The notes under the pieces: model-generated
Told to the model about the DNA's origin: nothing
Databases searched by the model: none
Seen by the model: the letters and a program-made list of their open reading frames with translations, nothing else
Part shown: piece after piece, positions 10,660 to 23,934 of the stretch
Layout: the number at the start of each line of letters is the position of its first letter
Position numbering within the stretch: the first letter of the stretch is position 1
Program-made: the position numbers and the translations under genes
Source: Mobula hypostoma
Taxonomy: Eukaryota
Direction of reading: 5' to 3'
Length of the DNA: 64,000 bases
NCBI RefSeq assembly: GCF_963921235.1
Contig: NC_086108.1
Coordinates: 90,088,001 to 90,152,000 of the forward strand

Positions 10660-11896
10660 TTATTTTTTATTTTTTACTTAGTGATTCAGCACAGGACAGG
10701 TCTTTAGGCCCAAAGAGCCGCATTGCTGAGCAACCCACCTATATAACACTAGCCTAATCATGGGACCATAAGACCATAAGACACAGGAGCAGAATTAAGC
10801 CATTCGGCCTATCAGGTCTGCTCCACCAACTCACCATGGCTGACCCATTCACCTCCCAACCCCATTCTCCTGCCTTCTTTCCTGACGAATCAGGAATCTG
10901 TCAACGTCAGCCTTAAATACACTCAGTGTTCCGGCCACCACAGGCACCTGTGGAAATGAATTCTACAGATTCACCACCCTTTGGCTGAATTTCTCCTAAT
11001 CTCCTATCTAAATGCACATCCCTCTATTCTGAGGTTGTGTCCTCAGGTCCTGGACTCCCTCACTTTCGGAAATATGCTCTCCGCATCCACTCTCTGTAGA
11101 CCTTTGAACATAGGATAGGGTTCAATGAGACACCCATTATTCTTCTAAATTCCGGTGCGTTTAGCCCGAGAGCCATCAAACCTCCTCATACATTAAACTT
11201 TTGATTCACGGAATCATTCTCATGCAACTCCTCTGGACCGTCTACAAGGCCAGCACATCTGTTCTTAGATAAGGAGTTTTAATTCTTTCTTTCATTTAAT
11301 TACACCCACAGTAATTACAGCAGCCAGTTAAGGCCTCACAACACTCCAAGTGAGGCTTTAGCAGTGCCTAATAAAGTCTCAACATTACATTCTTGTTTCT
11401 ATATGCAACACACTCAGCAGGCCAGGCAGCATCAATAGAAAAGAGTACAGTCAACATTTCAGGCCGAGACCCTTCAGCAGGACTGGAGAAAAAAAGATGA
11501 GGAGTAGTTGTGAAATGAATGCTATCACTGCATTTACTTTCCTCACCACCGGCTCAGCCTGCAAATTAACCTTTAGGGAATCATGCATGAGTACTCCAAG
11601 GTCTCTTTGCACCTCAGATTTCTTACTTTTCTCCCTGTTTAGAAAATAGTCTATAAGACCATAAGGTATAGGAGCAGAATTAGGCCATCTGGCCCATTGA
11701 GTCTGTTCTGCTACTTACAATGACCAATTAACCTACTAACCTTTATGTCTTTGGACTGTGGGAGGAAACCAGAACACCCAAAGAAAACCCACATGGTCCC
11801 GGAGAGAATGCGCAAACACCTTACAGACAGCACTGGATCTGAACTCCGAACTCCGGAACGCCCTTGCACTATATGCTACGCTACCGTGGCGCCCAT
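10660..11896 (-). mobile_element. V-SINE split by a minus-strand CR1 3' fragment (about 10766-11715), which itself contains a Penelope-derived insert (about 11405-11505)
   Basis: SINE tail at 10660-10765 and head/V-domain at 11715-11896 (GTCTTTGGACTGTGGGAGGAAACC on the plus strand). CR1 tail repeat ACCATAAG at 10766 and a second at about 11652. Confidence 0.7.
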
Positions 11897-12484
11897 GAAA
11901 AAGAGTAAGCTTCTTGCAGGCATTCAAATTAGCATTTAACTTACTGCTGACAATGCAATTTTCTTTTACTCAAGAGCAACTAATTACAGAATAAGTGTTT
12001 GATTTGTGTGGCACCTCCACTTATTCTGCAAGCTGACCCCAGGTCTCCAGTTCTGCAATTTTTATAAATAGTATGAGCGCAGTTTTACTCTGACCTCTGT
12101 TTATGGTCTCTTTTCCTATAATAACAAAGCTCAGAAGCAATATTCCATTTGTAGATCTGACAACTTTCAAAATTCCACAGCTTTGAATTTGATTTCCTCT
12201 CGAAACAACAGCTATTGGTAATGACTTACTATTGCTTGTATTACATTCCCTGGTTGCAGTTTCTGTTCCTTTACTTATTACATTACAATTCCATTTTGTC
12301 ATACACTCTTTTACCCACTTAATTTCCACCCTATCAATGTTTCCTTTCCATACTGCTCTCTGTCCAACCTACCCTGCTTTTGTGTTTGTATAAAACATGT
12401 TACAACTCTAAATTTAGTCATTCCCAATGAGAGTTCCTCAACTTCTCATCATTAATGTCTCCTTCTAAGCATATGTGGTTCAGT

Positions 12485-13325
12485 AATCAGAATCAGGTTT
12501 ATTATCATTGGCATGTGACGTGAAATTTGTTAACTTAGCAGCAGCAGTTCAATGCAATACATAATATAAAAGAAGAGGAAAAATATAATAATAATAATAA
12601 ATAAATAAGTAAATCAATTACAGTTTACTTATACTGAATAGATTAAAAAGCATGCAGAAAAAACAGAAATAATATATATTTTTAAAAGTGAGGTAGTGTT
12701 CAGGGGTTCAATGTCCATTTAGGAATCGGATGGCAGAGGGGAAGAAGCTGTTCCTGAATCACTGAGTGTGTGCCTTCAGGCTTCTGTACCTCCTACCTAA
12801 TGGTGACTGTTAGAAAAGGGCTTCCCTGGGTGCTGGAGGTCCTTAATAAAGGACACTGCCTTTCTGAGACACTGCTCCTTAAAGGTGTCCTGGGTACTTT
12901 GTAGGCTAGAACCCAAGATGGAGCCGACTAAATTTACAACCCTTTGCAGCTTCTTTCAGTCCTGTGCAGTAGCACCTCCCCCCACCCCACCCCACCCCCA
13001 ATAAGTTTTTGCGTGTATTTGTTGACATGCCAAATCTCTTCAATCTTCTAATGAAGTATAGTCACTGTCTTGCCTTCTTTATAACTGCATCGATATGTTG
13101 GACCAGGTTAAGTCCTCAGAGATCTTGACACCCAGGAACTTGAAACTGCTCACTCTCTCCATTTCTGATCCCTCTATGAGGATTGGTATGTGTTCTTTTG
13201 TCTTACCCTTCCTGAAGGCCACAATCAGCTCTTTTGTCTTACTGACATTGAGTGCCAGGTTGTTGCTGTGACGCCACTCCACTAGTTGGCATTTCTCGCT
13301 CCTGTATGGCCTCTCATCTCCATGC
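12485..13325 (-). mobile_element. Rex1/Babar-like LINE, 5'-truncated
   Basis: ORF fragment WRHSNNLALNVSKTKELIVAFRK..ERVSSFKFLGVKISEDLTWS; the 3' tail reads AATAAACCTGATTCTGATT on the minus strand. Confidence 0.85.
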
Positions 13326-13578
13326 TCTGTATTTGCACTATGCTCTGAATTATTGAAAATATTTCATTGGTAACACCATGTCAAACAATTGACATGGAGA
13401 CAGATTCATGCAATGTAGAAACAGATCCTCTATCTGGGTGGCTTCAGTCAACAACATAGTGTAGATACAGAGTTACACATTGACTGGAGGAGTTAAAGTT
13501 GGCCACTTTCCTCTCTTTAAGGTTATTAATAAAACAGACAGAATCTTGAAACAAAAATCTACTAGGCTTTATGATTAT

Positions 13579-13988
13579 TGTAGGAGCCATGTATCTATTT
13601 TCTCTCTGTATTGTATTTTGTGATGTACATTTAGATTTCAGTAATTTGTCACCTAGTTTGGGTCATGGTAGTTACGTATTATTGCTTTGTCCAAGTCAGA
13701 TTAATTAAGAGGGAGTGAGCCGGTGGGGGAAGGGGGGAAATTATTTATTTTTGTTGACCACTTAATTATGTTAATTTGAATACTAATTACTCTTATTCTG
13801 TTACATTGTTAGTATAGTTTATTTAATATCTAATATATCTATAAGATTGTTCATCTTTGCTTTCATAATAAAGGATCTCACACACTTTTTTCGACTTGGA
13901 ACCCAGTTATGTGGGAGCACGTCACACAGTGTCAATTCCCGTACTCGTTCTCTCAGCACTATCGGGTTGTTTTCAAGTAACCACTGTA
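13579..13988 (+). mobile_element. Putative small solo LTR inserted into an old SINE (host about 13480-14140, minus strand)
   Basis: Starts TG, contains AATAAA, flanked by ATTAT at 13574-13578 and 13989-13993. It ends TA rather than CA. The flanks join into one SINE-like sequence with a B box (GGATTTGAAC on the plus strand). Confidence 0.45.
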
Positions 13989-16039
13989 ATTATCATGACT
14001 GAGGCCAATTGTTGTTCAGCCAAATTTTCAATGATTAACCAAATTTAAATTCCCAACTGCTATGGCAGGTTGGATTTGAACTTGGGGTTCTGGATTTAGA
14101 TCCCCTCTCTGGATTATTAATTCAGTAATTTAGCAGCTGTACCTTGTTTGCTTGCAAGATCATGCAGAGGCATTAATATTTTTGAATGATTTAAATTATT
14201 ATGTTGCTAATGACCACAGGGAAATGTTATTGTTGCAGGATAAAGAAAGGAGTAGTTTTCCACAAGTCCTGGTGTATCAAGAACAAGTTTTGTACCCATA
14301 TCTGTTGCAATCTGTAATACACAAGTTCCATGCACTTAATGTTCACAAACTCTAAAGTACATAATAAGACACTAGCATTAAAATCTGTAGTTAACTAATT
14401 AAAAACTAACAAAAATGCAAAGAAAAATCATTTTATCTGACAGCAATTGAACATGGAGTAGTTGTATAATACTAAAGTAATTATTTCCACACTTCCGATA
14501 TCAATCTTTAAAACACCAAATAAAAACATTTCTAATTCTATCTGATTTTTTTCTGACATAAAAGTAGGGATTTACAAGCAAGTGTAAATTTGCAAACCTT
14601 CTCTACAATTCCAATTAACTCGTACTTGACCTCAGGGTTTCCAGTGTAGCAAGTGATGACACTTGCTGGACTAAAAATAAAAAGAATCAAATTAAACACA
14701 ACTTGAGTTACAACACCTTATGTTTCATAAGGTTCCTTCTATAAAATGGTGCAGTATTTGATAGATCATGACCACTGTCTCAGAGTTGCAGTGCTTTTTT
14801 AAAAAAAGAAATGAAAGCAAAGAAATTGTGAAATTAATTCTGGAGACCAGCTAATGTGAGGGACAGGTAAAACGTGGAAAATCAGCTTATGCCAGTATTC
14901 TGTTTTCATATGAACTGTCTGCTATATTTTCTAAACCATGCACCGTCTGTAATTTGTTTTATTGTTTCATGACGATGAATATACTTATGACAAAATGCTC
15001 GCTGATCTTTAATGAATTTTGGCAATCAAGCTGATTAATCTTGACAGATTGTAACTGAGGAATATACGAACACAAGACAAAAAAGAATAAATAGACTTTG
15101 GCAGAGCTAACATGGTGTCATTGTAGTTTGAAGATGTGTCGGCACAATGATTAGTCTGACAATAACTGATTGGTCAGACTTAGATGTGCCATGACCTATC
15201 CCAGTTCAACAAACTCCCAGCAGCATCTGTGTCAATAGCATGTGTTCAGCCTACAAAATAGCACTACGTTTATTGCTGATTTTTTTTTACACTAACAGAT
15301 CTAGTTTAACAACCTGAGTCCACATCCTATCTGTATTGATTGCTAAAAAGGCAATCTCAACGGAACTAATAGAAGTCATAGGGTAACGCTTACCTTCAGA
15401 TAGCACTACTAATATTGTATTTCTGCCTTATCAGTGATAGTACAATATCACCAGCAAAAGGTCAATGAATCTCAATTAAAGTACAAACCACATCTGCAAA
15501 TTTCAAAGTAAGGTCATTTCATGTAAAGGACGTTTTAGAATCAGCCCTTGCGTGATTAAGTTTACTTTTCAGAACATTAATGTTGTTTTTAATCTATAAC
15601 TTTGGTATACTGCATCATGCAAGAGTTTTTATTTTACTTCCAGGTTAATATTTTTTTCTCTTTCCCATTGGAGTTTTTCTGTATAAACAGTGATTATTAT
15701 TAACAGGAGAGAAGGTCACTGGTCATTACAAGCAATCAGGGACAGACTTCAACTTTCACTTCTGGACAGACTGTTTAGTGTTGATGGATTGGCTGGTTGC
15801 AGTACAGGTAAAAGCCATAATTAAGAACTTGGAGATGATATGCAATAGTGAGGAAGAAAGCAGGAAGATATCAATGATCAGGGGGCAGTAAACTAACAAA
15901 TGAACTGCAACCCAGAGAAGTATGAGATAATCCATTGTGGATGGAGGGATTGGCAAAAGAAGAAATGGAATACATAATAAATAGCGGAACATTGGGGGTT
16001 GTGAAAGAATAGAAGGAGGTTGGAGGACAAATCCATAGA

Positions 16040-17975
16040 TTCAGTTATACATGCAGTGGATGGAATAAGGTAGATGATCTCTAACGCAGATAGAGATTGG
16101 TAGGTGTGACGCAGTGGGCATCACTGAGTCGTGGCTGAAAGAAGAGCATAGATGGGAGATTAATGTCCAAGGATACACATTTTATCAAAAGGACAGATAG
16201 GTAGGTAGAGAGGGGTGGGGTAGCTATGTTGGTAAAAAAAATGAAATCGAATCCTTAGAAGGAAGTGTCATAAGATCAGAAGATGTAGAATCCTTGCGGG
16301 CAGAGTTAAGAAACTGCAAGGATGGGAGTTATATGCAGACCTCCAAACAGTAGCCAATATATGGGCTACAAATTACAATGAGGGATAGAAAATACATGTA
16401 ATAAGAATAAAGATGCAAGATGGATATATCGCAAAGTAGAAGAAGAAATCTAAAGGCAGGATACCACAACTGTGGCTGACAAGGGAAGCCAAAAACAACA
16501 TAAAAGCAAAAGGAAGGGCATATAATAGAGCAAAAATTCATCGGAAATTAGAGCTTTGGGAAGCTTTTAAAAATCAACAGAATGCAACTTAAAACCCATA
16601 TGGTGGGAAAAGATGAAATACGAAGTTAAGCTAACCAATAATATTAAAGAAGACACCAAAAGTATTTTTCAATTATATAAAGAGTAAAAGAGAAGTGAGA
16701 GTAGATATCAGACTGCCGGAAATGAATGCTGCGGAGGTATTAATGGGTATAAGGAAATGGAGAATGAACTGAATAAGTATTTTGCATCATTCTTCACCAT
16801 GGAAGACACTAGCAGTATGCCAGAAGTTGGAGAGTATTGGGGGCAGAAATGAGTGAAGTTGTCATTACTAGGGAGAAGGTGATTGGGAAGCTGAAAGGCC
16901 TGAAAGTAGATAAATCACCTGGACTACAGCCCAGGGTTCTGAAAAAGTTAGCTGAAGAGTAATGATTTTTCAAGGATTCCTAGATGATGGAATAGTTCCG
17001 GAAGACTGGAAAATTGCGAATGTCACTCTACTCTTCAAGAAGGGAGAGAGAAGAAGAAAGGAAACTATAGACCAGTTAGTTTGACCTCAGTGATTGGGAA
17101 GATATTGGAATCAATTATTAAGGATGAGGTCTCAGGGTACTTGGAGGCACATGATAAAATAGGCCATAGTCAGCATGATTTCCTCAGGGAAAAACTTGCC
17201 TGAAAAATCTGTTGGAATTCTTTGAGGAAATAACAATCAGGATAGACAAAGGAGAACTAGACTCCCCCATCATGGGAAACAGCTTTGCCACATCCACTCT
17301 GTCTATGCCTTTTAACATTCAAAATGTTTCTATGAGGTCCCCCCTCATTCTTCTAAACTCGAAGGAATACAGTCCAAGAGTGGACAAACGTTCCTCATAT
17401 GTTAACCTTCTCATTCCCGGAATCATTCTAGTGAATATTCTCTGTAAAAGCATTGAATATTTTCTAAACTGGCAGAGAATTCAAATATCTGAGGTGCAAA
17501 GGGACTTGGGAATCCCCATACAGAATTCCCTAAATGTTAACTTGCAGGTTGTTGATGGTGAGGAAGGCAAATGCAATGTTAACATTCATTTCAAGAGGTC
17601 TAGAATATAAAAACAAGGATGGAAGGCCTAGATAGAGTGGATGTGGAGAGAATGCTTCCTTATAGTGGTGGAGTCTAGGACCAGATGGCACAGCCTCAGA
17701 ATAGCGGGCATCCATATAGAATGGAGGTGAGGAATTTCTTCATCTAGAAGGTGGTGAATCTGTAGAATTTGTTGCCACCAGCAGCTGTGGAGGCCAGGTC
17801 ATTGGATGTATTTAAGGCAGAGGTTAATAGGTTCTTGATTAGTCAGGGTGCCAAAGGTTATGGGGAAAAGGCAGGAGACAGGCGTTGAGATGGAAAATGA
17901 ATCACCATGATGAAATGGTGGGGCAGTTTTGCTGGGCCGAATGGCTTAATTCTATTCCTATCTCTTATAGTCTCA
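16040..17975 (+). mobile_element. Degenerate, internally deleted CR1 LINE ORF2 through 3' tail
   Basis: Encodes VGITESWL, VPEDWKIANVT, NYRPVSLTSV, LEFFEEITIRIDKGE and SEVQRDLG. Ends with the CR1 tail GGGCCGAATGGCTTAATTCT..TCTTATAGTCT. Confidence 0.9.
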
Positions 17976-18187
17976 TGAATGAGGTGCAGTCGGTTGATGA
18001 GGCTGTTAAAGAGGTAGTCAAGACTCGTTCCATTAGATGAGAGTTGAAACTCTGCAGTTCTGCTCACAGAAATAGCTGGCAGATTTTAATGTGTAAGGGA
18101 ATAGAGCTGGAATTTACACTAACAGTAACAACCTGGGCTTTGTTTCAACAGAACCATTTAATTCCCCTCTAGTAACTGAATGAATAC

Positions 18188-19061
18188 TGTTACGTACCCC
18201 GTAACTGGGTTGCCAAACCAGCAGAAATGGATCACTCAGTTGGAGTCTGGATTACTAGAACTAAGAAAGTTTTATTAAAGAAACAAGCAACACAGTACTC
18301 TAATCAAAAGGATAATGAATGCAACAGTTCAGCAATGATAAACATACATGTACACAGAATTAAGATAACAGGATCAATCAAGCTCTATCGTTGTCTAGGG
18401 GTAAATGACCAGTTTCAAAGTGACGCAAAGTTCAGTTCAATTTAGTTCAGTTCAGTTCGCAGTAATCACTGCCGTGGCGATGGACAGTGGGGGGAAGGAG
18501 AGAGAGAGCAAAAACGAATGAATATTCAAAACGGCTTCCACACAGACCTTCGCAGTCAGCTTTCGGGCGAGTCCTTTGTGATGTCATCTGAGGTCACCGA
18601 CCGTGACCTCTCCGTTTCCAGATACGATCATTTCCCTGCGGTGAACCCAGCACCCAGGCAAGGGTGGACACACCCCAGGTTCCCGCCGATCGTGCCTTTC
18701 CACCCTGAGCGTCTATGGCTTGATTCCGCGATCAGCCGTCCAAAAGCTTCCCACCGACTTGTGAAAGGCGCACCGCTTCCAGGGTCTCGTTACCTCGGGT
18801 GTCGTGTGTGTCCTGCCTTAGCGAACCTGTCCCTTTTTATCCCCCTGCTGGGGTATCGCCTATCCATCACTTCAAACAGTTCAGGGTTCAAAGGGGGAGC
18901 CGATCTTGACAGCTCTCCTTCCCTCCATTAACATCTCCAAATGCTGCTCCATTGTTTTCCTTATCTCTCTCTCTCCTGAAGACAGGTGGCAGACCAACTG
19001 CTGATCCCACCGGTGCCAGCACAGGACAGCTAAATCTTAATCTATGTGTATTCTTGTCACA
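18188..19061 (-). mobile_element. Solo LTR, probably Gypsy-type and relatively young
   Basis: TGTTACG...GTCACA termini with 4-bp TSD ATAC at 18184-18187 and 19062-19065. 874 bp, CpGs retained. Orientation inferred from a minus-strand AATAAA near 18275. Confidence 0.8.
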
Positions 19062-20484
19062 ATACATAAACACAAGAGATTCTGCAGATGCTGGAAACCC
19101 ACAGCACACACACAAAATGCTGGAAGAACTTTGCAGGTCACCTATGGAGAGGAAAAAACAGTCGACATTTCGGGTTGAGACACTTCCTTCCCGGTTAGAA
19201 GATTAAGTCTTGCTCCTGAAACTTGATTACAAAATGAACACCACCACTTCTGTGCAGTCAGAGGTCCTTAAATTCAGGGATGATGTTAAACTGTCTGTAA
19301 CGTCAGGTGAACTTAAAAGGATTGTATGATAGCTTTGTTGAAGGCAAGAGAAATTATCTTTGTCGCGGCTAAAATATATACTTAGGCAAAACTAAGTAAG
19401 TGAAATAGCTGGTTGTCTTTTTCTTTCTATTGATGTTGCTTGAAGTATTAAGTATAGCTAAAACACAAGGTATAATCTCTCTCACGTTCTAATATTCATG
19501 AAAGCATCTTGTGAATTCAGAATGGGTTGCTATTACAGCAAATTCATTCCAAACTTATTTTATTGGTTATAAAATCTTTTAAATTATTCTGAGGTTACAA
19601 AAGACACGATGTACATCTGACCCTTTCTTTTTTTTAACTGGAAGCAGTCTATCTTTCCTTGAAGCACGATGTAGAAGGGTGCTGTGCATAAAATTTACAG
19701 GTGCCTTCTAAAATTTCAGATTATTGAATTTGGCAAGGAGTTAAGAGCTTTGTGTATGGTTCTGTCAATAATCTTCTTATGGAACCAGATTCAAGAAGTG
19801 ATAGTGAAGCCCCACACTTCTACAGCATGGCACTACATCACAATGGTCTAGTGGCCTAAACCTGCAATGGCGGTCAAATTTAAATTCAAATGTTTAAGTT
19901 AACATGTAATTAAGAATCCAATAACAGTAGCCACAAAACTACTAGATTATTATAAAATTCCATCTGGGTTTCCAGTCCATAGCGGGTCTGTTTTATTTAT
20001 GACTTCAGACATTTGAAAGTGGCTCACTTTAACTGCTGCATAGTATAGGGGTGATTAAGGATACATAATAAATCCTGGTCTCCAATGCCTGACGTCAACA
20101 ACGAACTTTCAAGGAGTCTCAAAAAAAGTTTGGAAACAATTATTGTACAAAAATAGTTCAAAGTTTAAAGCAAATTTATTATCAAAGTATGTATGTGTCA
20201 CCAAATACTACCCCGAGATTCACTTTCTTGTAGGCAGGATAGTAATTAATAATGAGAGTAATTAATACATTGATTAACATTTTGAGGGGATGAAAAACAA
20301 GGTGTTGGATTGTAAGTGCACATACCTAATTTAAGGTAAGGGAGATCACAAAGATAGGTAAGACTATTTGGAGGATCCGAACACAGAAAATGGTTGAAGA
20401 AAGTATGTCTCTGTACATTTATCATTGTCAGGGATAGGGAATTGTTCCTACTTGAGAATAAATTCCATTAATCAGAATCAGAAA

Positions 20485-20975
20485 CGCAAACACGAGGAAT
20501 TCTGCAGATGCTGGAAATTCAAGCAACACACATCAAAGTTGCTGGTGAATGCAGCAGGCCAGGCAGCATCTCTAGGAAGAGGTACAGTTGACCTTTCAGG
20601 CCGAGACCCTTCGTCAGGACTAACTGAAGGAAGAGCTAGTAAGAGATTTGAAAGTGGGAGAGGGAGGGGGAGATCCAAAATGATAGGAGAAGACAGGAGG
20701 GGGAGGGATGGAGCCAAGAGCTGGATAGGTGATTGGCAAAAGGGATATGAGAGGATCATGGGACAGGAGGCCCAGGGAAAAGGAAAAGAGGGAGGGGGGG
20801 AAAACCAAGAGGATAGGCAAGAGGTATAGTCAGAGGGACAGAGGGAGAAAAAGGAGAGAGAGAGAAAAAGAATGTGTGTATATAAATAAGTAACAGATGG
20901 GGTACAAGGGGGAGGTGGGGCATTAGTGGAAGTTAGAGAAGTCAATGTTCATGCCATCAGATTGGAGGCTACCAA
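20485..20975 (-). mobile_element. Penelope-like element 3' end/pLTR with hammerhead motif
   Basis: Reverse complement of the element type at 30225-30950. Includes the end of the GIY-YIG ORF (LVASNLMA/GMNIDFSNF frames) and CTGACGA..GAAA at 20585-20621. Confidence 0.8.
20585..20621 (-). ncRNA. Minimal type I hammerhead ribozyme motif (Penelope-type), core intact, stems I and III imperfect
   Basis: Minus strand AGUC CUGACGA AGGGUCUCGGCCU GAAA GG UC AACUG. Confidence 0.6.
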
Positions 20976-21595
20976 ATCAGAATCAGTTTTATTGTCACTG
21001 GCATGTGACGTGAAATTTGTTAACTTAGCAGCAGCAGTTCAATGCCATACATAATCTGGCAGAGAGAAAATAAATACATAAATAAATAAATAAAATAAAA
21101 CATAATAATAAATAACCAATTAGATCAATTATGTATATTGAATAGATTATTTAAAGATGTGCAAAAACAGAAATACTGTATGTCAAAAAAAGTGAGGTAG
21201 TGTCCAAAGTTTCAAAGTCGTTTCAGGAATCAGATGGCAGAGGGGAAGAAGCTGTTCCCGAATCACTGAGTGTGTGCCTTCAGGCCTCTGTATCTCCTAC
21301 CTGATGGCAACAGTGAGAAAAGGACATGCCCTGGGTGCTGGAGGTCTTTAATAATGGACGCTGCCTTTCTGAGACACCGCTCCCTAAAGATGTCCTGGGT
21401 ACTTTGTAGGCTAGTGCCCAAGATGGAGCTGACTACATTTACAACCCTCTGCAGCTTCTTTCAGTCCTGTGCAGTAGCCCCTCCATACCAGACAGTGATG
21501 CAGCCTGTCAGAATGCTCTCCACGGTACAACTATAGAAGTTTTTGAGTGTATTTGTTGACATGCCAAATCGCCTCAAACTCCTAATAAAGTATTA
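20976..21595 (-). mobile_element. Rex1/Babar-like LINE 3' fragment
   Basis: Highly similar to 12485-13000 (GGCATGTGACGTGAAATTTGTTAACTTAGCAGCAGCAGTTCAATGC; GATGGCAGAGGGGAAGAAGCTGTTCC). Confidence 0.85.
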
Positions 21596-23934
21596 TTAGT
21601 ATTAAAATATGGAAACCTCCATGTTTATCAGACCATTTTCTTCTCAGGTTAGTTACAACATTACGCTCAGTGTTAATCCTGAGCTGAGCTTCTTGCCAGT
21701 GCCCTGTCACAATGGTTGCTTGCCTTCACATCTCAGCATTTGCCTATGTTTCTCCGCTCTGAAGCTTTCATCCTAGAGGTTGCTAACTCTGACCTATCCT
21801 TGACTGGCCTCCTACAACTTGCCTTCCATAAACTTCATCTAAGCCACTGCTGCCTTCCTGGTGAAAGCACTTCCATCATGCTGTTGATGGGGTGTCCTGG
21901 GATTTAAGCTCAGCAGCAAATAAACGATGATGATAAATTTGCAAAGCCTACAGAGGAGTTTGCAGGTAGTGATGCTCGTATGCATCTGCTCCGCTTGCCT
22001 TCCTTGAGGACAAAGGCTGAACTGAGGTCCGTGCTGTTAGATTAGCCTCGGTGAGTAACTTCAAGATTCAAGATCCAAGACTGTCTTTCTTCAGTACATG
22101 AGTGTAAAGGAGAATGAAATGATTGTTAGTCCAGATCCAATAAAAAAAACACAAGAAGCATTAATAACATACACGTGCATTTTGTACATGGTACACATCG
22201 TACGCACTGTGCACCAGTGCTGGAGGAAGCGAATATTTAGGCTGGTGATTGGGGTGTCAATCAAATAATATTAAATGCTTTGCGTTGGATGTGAGATGAT
22301 AAAAATTTGATAGATCTTATTTCACATCACTACTTAAGTATAGCTATGACAAATGAAAGCTAAGCAATGAAGATTGACAGATGCCTATTAAAAGGGTTTT
22401 AAGCAGGGTGACTTGTAATGTTGTTAGAGGCATTTTAATATGTTTTCTGGGTAAGGAGAGATGCAATTTTATTTTGGAGCTTACAAGGACAGGTGGTCGG
22501 ATCCACGATGCAGTGACGGAGGAGCGCTTCCCGTACAGATGTGAGATTGTTCATGACTATGTGGACAAGAGCAACTTCTACAAGGTAGGTGAACAAACTA
22601 CCCAGAGTCACATTGTGATACAGGGGGTGATTAAAACGATAGGAATGAAAAGAAAGAGAAGCAGAGAATACCATGAACACACAGAAGGGTAGGCGTCTTC
22701 TGTTTTTGTTTTAGAGTTCTAGCATTGGCAGATTTTGCTTCAAGGACTGAAGTGGAATTTTGTAATAGTAGAGTATAGCAGAGTCACAAAATTGGTAATC
22801 ACTCTCCCAGCCATGACCAGAGTTCTTCAGGCTGTCTTGCCTGCTTTGAGGTATTTTTATTACCATTCTTACTCAAGAAGAACACAGAATGGTAGGGAGA
22901 AGATAGACCATGGAAGAATTGACAACTTAAGTTAAATTAGGAATGCGGTTCTGGCCAGAAAATTTAAAGAGATGGAGTCCAAATTGAAATACAGAATCTC
23001 ATTAGTAATAATCTTTGAATTACTATTTTATCCATTCATAGTTTCTATCTTGTGAATGATGTTGAATCTGGGTTGATAGTTAATACAGAGAAGATCAACG
23101 TTCTTTAGAATTCATGAAGGAGAGTCAAGTTGAGGTGAATAAAATGCTCACCTAATACATATACAGGCAATGGAGCTGCTGGAGAATCTGGAAGGAGAAT
23201 CTACTTAATGAATCTCTGTTTTCTAGTTCAGCTCTACTCACTTGCATTACAGGGGACAACCAGCGACACAGCCGAGTACACCAGCGATGAAACTTGCAAT
23301 CACACCATTGTCTATAACCATTCAGATTTGTGGATGGTTATACACCATGAAGTGATTGCAGGATTAAGTGGCGGGGGTGGGGGGATAATGGTGCTGTGAT
23401 TGTCAGTGTATCAGTATTTAAAGCTGTTGGTGGAAACCAGCATGAGAACATTTACAAAATCAACTTTTAAGAGAGAATGTGATTATTTTAAACTCGGTAG
23501 ATCCACAAAGGGTCTTTCAATTTGCTTTGTTAGCTTTTCTCATTTAGATGATCATGCTGACCATTTATTCACTGCCACTCTTTGGCATGGACCGTGTATC
23601 ATGTTATTCTCTTAACATCTAGAAACTTCTCAATGGCTGTCTTGAATACACTCAGTATCTGCACTTCCACAGCCCTCTTGGATAGAGAATTCCAAAGATT
23701 TACCAGCTTCTGAGTGAAGAGATTGCTTCTCATATCTGTCCTGAATTGTCAACCCAGTATTTGGACAATATTGATTCTGCATTTCCTTTTAGTTTGACAT
23801 TGTGACCAAGTGATGGTGTTGATAAGACCATAAGATATAGGAGTAGAATTAGGCCATTTATCCTATAGAGACCACTCTGCCATTTCATCATGGCTGATCT
23901 ATTTTCCCTCTCAGCCCCAATCACTCACCCTAAC

